From Paraspadella gotoi (lineage: Eukaryota; Animalia; Chaetognatha): a stretch of 64,000 nucleotides of DNA. The stretch is from contig CM119267.1 in the NCBI GenBank assembly GCA_051294375.1, positions 20,833,476 through 20,897,475 of the forward strand, read 5' to 3'. Made by a program: the position numbers and the translations under genes. The first letter of the stretch is position 1, and the number at the start of each line of letters is the position of its first letter. Under the pieces are notes generated by a model, which was not told the DNA's origin, ran no database searches, and saw only the letters and a list, made by a program, of their open reading frames with translations. Shown piece after piece: positions 29,701 through 39,739 of the stretch.

Positions 29701-31641
29701 AGGCCAAGTTCGCTGCGTGTCGATATTTACGAACTTTTTCATTGCCTTACATATAAATGACACAATATTTCAGATAACAATCATAGACGCCCGGCGAGCG
29801 AGCTCTCCTATTCGCGTAATAGCGACAATCATCCTCTTCCGGTATCTATCTCTTTTTTTTTTTTAATTTCAATCAATATTCATTTATTAGGTTTTGGACG
29901 CTCGAAGTCCGGAGACTTTCTCGGGAGACTCCTACCAGGCTTTTGGTAAGTTAAACGACTAAAAGATAAGCAGGAAAAACAAAAAACTCATTCCCTCAAT
30001 TACTTTCATAACCAGGCGCCCTCTAGCCGACGAAAAGGCGTATCAAGCGCCGTGGTTGGCGTTGGCTCATCGCGTCCCTCGATCGCGGAATCTCTACTTT
30101 CGATCGCTGATCGACGCGGAGACGCAGCGGCTGAGGCCGAGAAACCAGCTGCTGCAGCTTTTTCAAGACGTCGGCGTCAATTTTGTGGTGAGGGCGTTTG
30201 AACAGGTTGAACGTTCGCGTGATCTTTTAACAATAACTCATGTATTTCTTACAAAACAATTTAAAATAAATAGTTTTGTGGAATTGAACTCGGGTCCTCC
30301 CATTCACGGTCGATCCCCGACATCTCGTGGCCGGCTCGTGTTGGTTTGGATGATATTGATTTCACTTTTATAAACCTTTATATAAATTCTCTCCATATAC
30401 AAATTGACCTTTTGTTATCATCAAACAAAAGAGCATTTTATTTTGAACTAACCAGCTGATTCCATTGAACATAATTCCATTATTATTTCATCAAGCTTGG
30501 AAACCACTTAAAATTGTTTAGAGGAAAAATTAACAGACTCACATACTTGTTATCAATTTTCCCTTTTTCTTGTTAATGTTTATTTTAATTGCAATCGTTT
30601 AATTAATTAATTAATTAATTATTGTTATCGTATTAATATAGATATTTCGATTGCTTGCTGGCATAAGCATTTGGAATATCTATATGCTTTGATTATTTTA
30701 TTAAGGTACCATTTTACAAGCGAACCAAGCAAGTTGGTTTAATAAACTTTTTACCCAAGCAAAAATAAACAATCTAGACGCCACGAGCGCCAACGCGAAC
30801 GACATCGCCACTTCCGGTTGACGCTCTTGTGGTCACATCTACAGTTTTAACAAATTAAAGTACACACAAAGTCGCACCTACGATTACACGTACAATTAAT
30901 ATATATGTTTTGTGCTGAACAAAATAAACGACGTAAAAAATTATAAAACAGTTCATAAATGTCAAGGACATGAAAAATTAAAGTAAAAAGGGTCATACAA
31001 CGGTCGGAGAAAATTAACCTCGCTAACGCGAGTTTGTTTTAATGGGGGAAAGTATTTTTGTTTTAAAAATCCAAAGTAAAGTTTAATTATTTATGTAGAT
31101 AAGGCGCTAAGTGTGGCTGAAGAGTGCTATCCGCTACTCCTTTAACCCCGGGTTCTGGGCTTGGAACCAGGCTTGAGTGTTTTCCGCACTCTCGAGGTGT
31201 CTTGCGGCCGTCCTCACACTTCCCGCAGAGTAGATACCGGGTTGGGTTTGAAACCGGTAACTAGTGGTCATGAGTTGATGGCTTTACTCAATGAGCCACC
31301 GAGTCACGACTACATGTGTCATACTTATAGGCGGGGTGAACCTTTACAACGCCCGACTACATTTGTCTTAAAATGCAACAAAAAGTAACATAAACCAAAT
31401 CCTTGTAGTTTTTTCGAAGTTTAAAACTAAAAAAATGTTAAACGAATCCACTAATCGTTTATTTTTCGTAATTCTTTTCGCGCGACAGCACGAGAATTCT
31501 CCCCCTCTGACGGTCTACTGCGGAAATGGGATCTCCGCCTGCGTCGTGGCGTTGGCGGCGCACCTCTGCGGCAAAACCGACACTTCTGTTTACGACGGTG
31601 GCTGGGAGGAGTGGTCGCTCGGTACCGAACAACCTTGCTGA
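26765..31641 (+). CDS. Tandem-rhodanese-domain sulfurtransferase (thiosulfate/3-mercaptopyruvate sulfurtransferase, TST/MPST family), 8 exons
   Basis: Exons: 26765-26852, 27144-27208, 27359-27501, 27884-28025, 28384-28535, 28819-28873, 28944-29104 (duplicates of these two at 29891-29945 and 30016-30187), 31489-31641. Family motifs: [42 protein letters not shown]...[54 protein letters not shown]. Splice phases are consistent except exon 5, which has apparent 1-nt insertions and a GG instead of GT donor (likely read errors). Confidence 0.92.
28785..30818 (+). repeat. Approximately 1.07-kb tandem duplication containing sulfurtransferase exons 6-7
   Basis: 28785-29843 vs 29860-30818 are nearly identical over exons and intron, and become noisy towards the 3' end. 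Confidence 0.85.
31100..31310. mobile_element. Possible degenerate tRNA-derived SINE in the last sulfurtransferase intron
   Basis: GC-rich island. The minus strand reads gactcggtggctcattgagt (A-box-like) then ggtttcaaacc (B-box-like). There is no complete cloverleaf and only one copy in the window. Confidence 0.3.
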
Positions 31642-32515
31642 ATCTTCTATGCGGATTGTTATCTTATTAACTTGTAGGGTGATTACCTACTACAAATTTT
31701 TTTTACTCAAAAACTTGGTCTTTGAATAATCCCCTTATCCGAGTGTGCCGAATAATTTATACGAATCAATGTCACACTACAATCTTTGCTCAAAGTTTTT
31801 GTTATTTCCCGTTGGTAATTGAAAATATTAATTTCATTCCTGTAGTTAGGTAGGATTACATACCTAAACAATCAATCAAATTGTCTATTGTTTTTAATTT
31901 AAAGCCCCGGACATAAAATTTTCAGAATTAAATTACTATATTTTTCTTTTTCCAGGTTGTTACCCAATATTTTGTAAATTCGCACGAGGTCAGTCATTGT
32001 TGCTTAATTGTATAATTAATTACACGCTATGCCGTAGCGTTTGGCAAAGTTAAATCAGAGGAGCTTATTTTTTCCAGTATTCTCATTATTCTGACTTCTA
32101 TCTGCTAAAATATGCACGAAATATTTGCATTCTCCAGTTACCAGTATATATTTTGAAAAATGTCGATTTAACAAAAAATGTTAACGCAAATAACATTCCA
32201 TTGCTTATTGACTATTAAATGTAATTACTTTAAAAATGTTGTGATTTTTCAAGCCGACTTTTTAATAGATATATATTTTCAGAAGTTAGAATTGAATTAC
32301 GATATTGCGTAGTTTTGGTTTTAAAAATTTGCAGAACAGACTTATTTTAAATTAAGCCATCAGTTAGTATTTTGATGAATCATCACTTAAAAAAAATTAA
32401 AATGTAAGAAAGCTTCGACCATCGTTAGATCTTTCGAACAGGGGCCTCTAAGAGTCATTTCAAGTTTTCAACACTTCACCTCCGGACCTTTAATAATAAA
32501 AAATCCCGAAATATA

Positions 32516-34773
32516 ATGGTGGGCGTTTCCACTATCGTTTGCCTCTTTGTGGCATCTACGTTTGTGATACCCTGCGAAGGATGTTGGAAGGTCCTCGGAA
32601 GGCGCGTTTTGCGTTACGCCGCCACGACGGACGCGTTGCAGGTGATTGCACGGTGAACACTGTTTTACTTTGATCTAATGTAAAAAAAAAAAAAGCCGGC
32701 TAAAATACTGATTGCCAGAATCTTTGGCCAAAACTAGTGGACCGTCGAATTTATCTTCTGAACAAACATTTTATTTATCTATGCATTGTTCACATGCTAA
32801 CGTTATATGATTAGAATTTTGTTTGAAGATGATAAATTGAAAACAATATTTTCAAACCGCGTCGTACGTATTTTCTCTTCTCCAAAATACTAAACAGAAA
32901 GCCAACTCCACCGCGGAAAGATCCCAGACGTTGCAACTCGCCTTCGAGGAAGAGCTGAACGAAATCCCCCGCAGCCAAACGGACTATCGATCGAAGCTGC
33001 ATCAGTTAATTGACGAGTTAAAAGGATTACAACCTGACACGGAAGGATCGATGAGCTTAGCGATCGAGCGCGATATGGAAGTCTGGCGAAGATCTCTGGC
33101 GCTAATAGTTCTCGAACAAGAACCCGCGACATTTCCACTCGACTACGCTAAAAAGGTCAATGCTATCGTCCGCTCCTTGACGTCCAATTCCACCGACGAG
33201 ATTTACGAAGCGGTTTACGCCCTTTTCGCATCTCTCAACAAAGAATTTCAAAGGAGGATCGAGAGTCTGATTAAGAGAATGGATAGGAAAAGTTTACAAA
33301 CTTATTTGCCGGAGGTTGGATCGCATCCAATCGTGTCGGTCATCAAAACGGTGAAGTTTGACTACAACCAAAGTCGGTATGAACCAATGTCTGTTCTCGC
33401 ACTTGAATCCGATAACATAAACCTGAGCACGCTCCTAGTTTTTTCGTCGGATTTGCACGAGCTCGTCATGCACGAGTTTATCATGCAAATAAAATATGGA
33501 AAGGGGACCAACGTGGAATCTCTAATAAACCAATTCTGTCAAAGAGTCGTCAACAATAACCTCGGTTGTTCGTATTACGTTTGCCAAAAAGGCGCCTTCA
33601 AAGAGGCTTGGGATTATTATCAAGCGGCTCAACAAGTCATCTACGAATGGTTAAAAATTTTGTTTACTATCAACTGTCAACAAAGAGCAGCGACGAAACC
33701 AGAAAAGGCGGATTGTTTGAGCGGAGATCGAGATGGAGAAATTGACGGAGAGAAGGACGTGCGTTTGAAGATGCAGAAGAGGGCTTTCGACGAGGCGCTG
33801 CGGCGTAACGCCGAGGCTGCCGAAGCTTGCTTTTGTCCCGTGGCGGAATTTCAATCAGCGACGTCTAATGGGACTGCGATGGTCTGCGAGAAATGCCCCG
33901 ACGAGACCTTCAACTTGGAAAGGGGCGCCGCGGCTTGCACAAAATGTCCGGTGGATTTGGTAGTAAGTCACCCATCGTTTTATCAGTGCGTCAATTGGAA
34001 GCTGAAGAAGCTGACGACTCTCGAAGAGATGGAGAAGAAATTGGAAAAACTCGAGAAGATGGTTCAATTGCTGGAAGATGAGAGGACCAAAGGTATAAAT
34101 ATATTTTGTCGATTTATTCTATTATTATTTATTGTCTTATGACCGGTTTATCTCTTTTACCAACCAATCATTTACACAAGACTTTTTACGCCCTACTTTC
34201 TCAGACGCGACGGAATACATCCATAACGGCGAGTGGATAAAGATACAGCGTCGAGCCATGGGCAGATACTACACCGCCGGAAAATTCGGGAACGAAAATT
34301 CGAAATGGGCCGATTACGCGAGAGGCTTCGGTTCACCGGATTCCTACGAGTTTTGGATGGGATTGGAGAAAATACACAACTACACCAAAACGGGAAAATG
34401 GGAAGTTATCTTCGTTTCCAAGTGGAGTTCTCAAGAAAGCAACGGATTCCGAGGCTACTGGAGTTTCCAGGTTTACGAAAACTTTTCCGTTGCCGACGAG
34501 GATCACGATTACACTTTGAGTATCGGATATCTCAAGGAAAAGAGTCACGGCCCTTCGATGAATCCGGTCTCACGCTACGGGTTTAACAACCTCAAATTTA
34601 GCACTTCCGATCGCAACAGGGTGCCATGCACCGTCTACGGAGCTTGGTGGCACAGAAATGATTCTAAGCATTGCGGATACTTTTGCTTCAATTGCAGAGA
34701 CTCGAATTTGTTCGACGGTACTTTCAACTACCACCCGGAAGAGTCGGAGATTCTGATAAAAAAAGTTGATTAA
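32516..34773 (+). CDS. Secreted fibrinogen-related-domain protein, paralog A (629 aa): signal peptide, uncharacterised helical domain, Cys-rich GCC2/GCC3-like repeat, coiled coil, FReD
   Basis: Exons 32516-32641 (MVGVSTIVCLFVASTFVIPCEGCWKVLGRRVLRYAATTDALQ), 32898-34092 and 34205-34773. Introns are GT-AG with phases 0 and 1; 1890 nt open. FReD motifs: WIKIQRR, WADYARGFG, EFWMGLEKIH, YENFSVADE, FSTSDR, GAWW. An alternative in-frame acceptor at 34181 is possible. Confidence 0.9.
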
Positions 34774-35555
34774 AAAAAAATATTCATATGTACTTTCAAA
34801 GAAAACGAAAGCAGAATTTATTTCATCCCTGGACTTGGGACACTTGGTAATTTGAGTGACACTTTGCTCAGTTAATCATTCAAAAGTTCACCCTCTAGTT
34901 TCTTGTTTTTTTCATTCTCGAGTTATCATTAAACTTTAAAGAAAGGCTTCGCTTCCAATATAAACAAAAGATAGGGACCGGCACAAAAATTTTATATTTT
35001 TTTTCTGGCTTGCATGAATCTTTGAATGGATTTAAACCTGATGTTACACAGTAAAATAATTTTTGTTAACAAAATTATTAACTTATTTTTAGCCGGGACA
35101 TCAGGGGAATCATTTTAAAGGTTTCAAAGATAGTGATGAAGGTTAAGCAAAGGCTTCAGCATCATATGGTACTTTAATGTTTTTCCGCGAAATTTGTTTT
35201 ATTGATACTGTGGCACAAACAAATATATATTTTAAAAATACTACTAGATTAATGTAATTTAAAATATTACTTTTTGCATAACAGTTAGATATATGTTTGT
35301 ATATTTTATATTTCAAAGGGCATGACTTATCTTTCAATATCTTTTATACAGTAATTTTTTTAAAATGCTTTTTTTTTTTGAATTCTCTATGTTTTTTCGG
35401 CAGATAGAGAAATAAAAATTTCGGCAAACACTTCCGGTCCCTACAAAAGAAAGCAAAAATTTCGTTCTTTGGATTGTCCGAGATCATTATTTTAAATATA
35501 ACAAATTATCGAAGACGCTGAACTCGATTATTTATTGTATTAAAAATAAGAAACA

Positions 35556-38500
35556 ATGTATAGTGTTTTTAGTGTAATTTGGGCTATAACGTTCGTTTTT
35601 GCTTCACCATGTGATGGATGCTGGCCCGTCATTGGTCAAAGTGTTATTCGTTACGCCGAGACGTTAACCTCATTGCAGGTTCGTGAAAAAAAGAGCAGGA
35701 AAATTTAAAATTTTACAATAAAACACCAGCTTTACCTGTTACATTTCTTTTAAAAAATATTAACGATGATCAAATGAAATTATTAACTTGTAAATTATAG
35801 AAAAATAAACAAGTCATAAAACAATTAAATATAAAAATATAACAACTAGCATTTTATAAATACAGAAATAAAATTAATTGTTCAAAAGAGGCTTTCAAAT
35901 TTTCAGAAGGAGCCTTCGCCGTCCGGACGATCGCTGAAGCTGCAAGAAGCGCTGGAAGCCACGATCCGTGAGATTCCCAACAGTCGAGTCCTCACAAGAT
36001 CAAAGATGGAAAACATTGTTTCCGCTTTGAAAGAAAACCGATCAGAAAATAACCACACTTTGGCATCGACGACGTTAGCCAATTCTTTGGCGGACACGAA
36101 AGAAACTCTTCTTCATTTTCTCCGAGGAAACCAATCTAGATTTTCCGTCGATCTTCGATCCAGCGTCGAAAAGATCCTCCAATTGTTGGCGTCTAACTCG
36201 TCCAACGAATCCGCCATTCGAGAAGCCGTTCACGATTCCTACGAATCCTACAACAGAGCGGAGCAAGAGAGAATCGATGCCCTGACACGCCGTCTGGGCA
36301 CGGGCCGTCTGCAGCCTTACTTTTCCGAGACGATGAAGACGTTGGATCGAATCGCGGTCCTCATAAAAGCGGTCAAGTTCAATTTCAAGGCGAATCAATA
36401 TGAGCCGGAATTCGTCTTGGCCGTTCGATCCAGGAGCGAAAATGTGAAAGAGATTATGGACATGTTAGCGGATCTGCACCGGGTCGTTGTGTTGAAGCAA
36501 AGAAAATACGGAAACAAAACCTTTGTCGGATATTTGATGAACGAAGTTTGTCAAAAAGTTGCGAACAATCGACTGAGTTGTTCTTATTACGTTTGTCAAA
36601 ACAGCGATATTAAAGAAATACTGAGTTATCTTAAACTCGCTCAGGAGGTCGCCTATGAGTGGTTGAAAATCTTGACGACATTTTCCTGTCAACATAAAGA
36701 AAAAATTAAATCCGCAAAGATGCAGTGTCTGATGGGCGAGCGTGAAAGTGAGATAGATGCCCAGAAAGCCCATAGGATGAAAATACAGTCGAGGGTGTTC
36801 AATGAAACGTTGAAAAACAACCAAGAAGCTTCTCAAGATTGCGTCTGCCCAATAGGTGAATTTCAAACCTTGACGTTGAACGGGACAGTCGTGGTTTGTG
36901 AAAAATGTCCATCCGATACTTTCAACGTGGAAAGAGGTGCTGGGTCTTGCACCAAATGCCCAATGGAACTAGAAGTGAGTCACTCGTCGTTTCATCAGTG
37001 CCTCAACTCCAGATTGCAGAAGATGAAGGATCTGAAAGATTTGGAGAAGGATTTGGAAAATCAAAAGAAATTGTTGAATGAAATGGAGGAAGAGAAAAAT
37101 AGAGGTAACCTATAGTAGGGCCAATCTATGTCAATGGGGTGGGTCAGAAATTTGATTTGGAACCTTCCCAAATGAAACTTCTATGGTGGACTAAAATCCA
37201 CCAACCGTTCATCAGCGGTCATTGGTGCCGGAGGCAAGTCATTCGCCTCCCAACCCAAAGGTCCGGGGTTCTAGCCCGGTGGTCGTCTGGCAGTAAAGAG
37301 GGACGGGGCGCTTAACCCGCCTGTAACATGGTGTTACAGCCTGATCCGAAGCTCAGGGACTGCTTATATTGAACGGTTCTGTCATTAACATATAACAATA
37401 ATTACTGTCTCTTCATTGGTGAGCCCGACTTCCGAACACAACAGCAACAACAACACTTTCAGGCGACATGCCTCAACCTGGCGATGCACTTTCCGCCACA
37501 ACACATCAGGCAACATGCCTCAACTTGGTGACGAACTTTCCACCAACAACAACAATTCACTGAAGAGACGCAACAGACTTCTCCCTACGGGAAGGGGGAT
37601 GTATGGTGGACTAAAATCCACCAACCGTTCATCAGCGGTCATTGGTGTCGGAGGCAAGTCATTCCTCCCAACCCAAAGGTCCGGGGTTCTAGCCCGGTGG
37701 TCGTCTGGCAGTTAAGAGGGACGGGGCGCTTAACCCGCCTGTAACATGGTGTTACAGCCTGATCCGAAGCTCAGGGACTGCTTATATTGAAGGTTCTGTC
37801 ATTAACATATAACAATAATTATTGTCTCTTCACTTCATACATTTCTGAGAAAACTTTCAATGGACCAAAATTTTCTAAAATGGCTAGAAGCACTAGTAAT
37901 TAATTTTTATAATATTTATTTAAAAATAAGAAATGTCCAAAAATTTTGTTTGAATTTTGTATTTTTAAAAGCAGATTCAGATAGCTTATGAAAAGTTGTC
38001 TACACAAAGTATAATTTTTTTTTTCAATATTTTGATGATAAATGGGTTAAAATTAGAAAAAATCTTAAAAAATTATCATCATCATCATCTGATGCTGATT
38101 TTAACAGTTTTTGCTAATTTTCAGTAATAAAATGTTAAAATTTTAAAAAGTAAATAATTTTTTTGCTTAACTTTTAGAGCTGTATTAGAATCAATTAAAA
38201 AACCTAAAAATATCAAAACATTTTTTTAACATTATATAGCAATATAATAATTTTAATTAGCCAATTACTCATGGTTCGGAACATTTTTGTAAAAAAATAT
38301 TTTTACAAAATAACTAATACCAATAATGGATTTGTTTTATGTTGTTCACATTAAAATTTGAATTTGGTCGGCTACCGCTACCTATAGGAACTCTTGCAAA
38401 ATTTATTGTTTTACATACTATAACAACTATAACTTTTATATATTTGTAAATTTTCAATAAATGTCTTCTTAACAAGAATGATGTCTAATATCTAATTAGA

Positions 38501-39404
38501 AAACTAGGGCAGAAAGTAACTTTTAACTTTGTGTTGTATAGATTCTGCCTCTATTTCCAGAAGACAAATTACATTATAAAAGAATATACTTTATATAAAG
38601 AATATAATTAAATCTAATATATAATAAAATTTATTAAATTTTTAAATTTATTTTTAAATTTTAATATGAAATTTTAAAGTCTAATATAGTAAAACAAGTA
38701 ATCTTGCAATTTTTCATAAAATATTTTTGACTCATCGATGTCTATTTATTAATATGTACACTTATCAATTTTTTCGTTTCATAATATATTCCTGTTACTT
38801 AATATGTAATCGACATTAAAAATACTTTTTGTTAGATCCCACGGAATACATACACAAAGACAGATGGATCAAGGTACAACGACGTGCAATGGGCAGTCAC
38901 TACAACGCAGGAAAATTTGGGAATGCTGACTCCAAATGGGCCGATTACGTTACGGGATTTGGGTCTCCTCACTCTTACGAATTTTGGCTTGGGCTGGAGA
39001 AGATACGTAACTACACGATGAGTGGAACGTGGGATCTTATGTTTGTCGCCAAATGGAATTCCAAGTCTAGTTCACGGTATCCGGGTGATTGGGGTTATTC
39101 AGTATATGAAAACTTTTATGTTGAAGATGAAGAAAATGATTTTAAATTACATCTTGGAAACAGAAAAGAAAATAGTAAAGGCCCGAATCAGGAACCTTTT
39201 TCATATTTTGGTTTTGCTAATAACAAATTCAGTACTTCTGACCGAAACTCTGGTCCTTGCTCGACTTATGGTGCTTGGTGGCATAGGACAGATTCTAGGA
39301 ATTGCAAATACTTTTGTTTTAATTGTGCTAACCAAGTCTTTCACGATGGTAATAATTGGTTCTACGCGGACGAAACTGAAATGCTGATGAGAAAAGTGGA
39401 TTAA
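35556..39404 (+). CDS. Secreted fibrinogen-related-domain protein, paralog B (629 aa), same architecture as paralog A
   Basis: Exons 35556-35678 (MYSVFSVIWAITFVFASPCDGCWPVIGQSVIRYAETLTSLQ), 35907-37104 and 38836-39404. Introns are GT-AG with phases 0 and 1; 1890 nt open. Shares CSYYVCQ, YEWLKIL, CEKCP..TFN.ERGA..CTKCP and the FReD motifs with paralog A. Confidence 0.9.
37182..37832 (+). mobile_element. TRIM-like non-autonomous miniature LTR retrotransposon (651 bp) in intron 2 of paralog B
   Basis: Near-identical direct repeats 37182-37415 and 37602-37832 (tatggtgg...tcttca). A PBS-like tggtgagcccgac sits at 37417. A polypurine tract gggaaggggga lies just before the second repeat. The 4-bp TSD cttc occurs at 37178-37181 and 37833-37836. 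Confidence 0.88.
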
Positions 39405-39739
39405 AAGCTTGTTGACTCTTCCTTTACAGGGCTAAATGATTTGTATGTTATGCATTAACTGAAATTTATGTAGTACCATGAAAATTGTAATAATTGTAAT
39501 TGTAATTGTAATAATAAGGTTCGTGCAAATTTGTTTGCCTTTTTTACGGTACTTTCATCGTTATCGACATTAATCAAATTGAGCTAAAAATGAACCTCAG
39601 CGTAATTTTCCGTTAAAAAATTTGTTCACATTTTCATTTCGGGACTTTGCATGACTCAAAAGTAATTTTAATTTAAATAAAATTCATCAAATGTACATTG
39701 TACACACAAATTTTTTGATAATATCTTCCATCCTGTAAT

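Noticed and set aside
31100-31310. Functional tRNA gene
   Set aside because: Only degenerate A/B-box-like motifs are present and there is no cloverleaf. It is kept only as a low-confidence SINE.
37200-37225. Hammerhead ribozyme (retrozyme) in the TRIM LTR; the minus strand has ctgatga
   Set aside because: No stem II followed by GAAA and no cleavage triplet can be built in either LTR copy.
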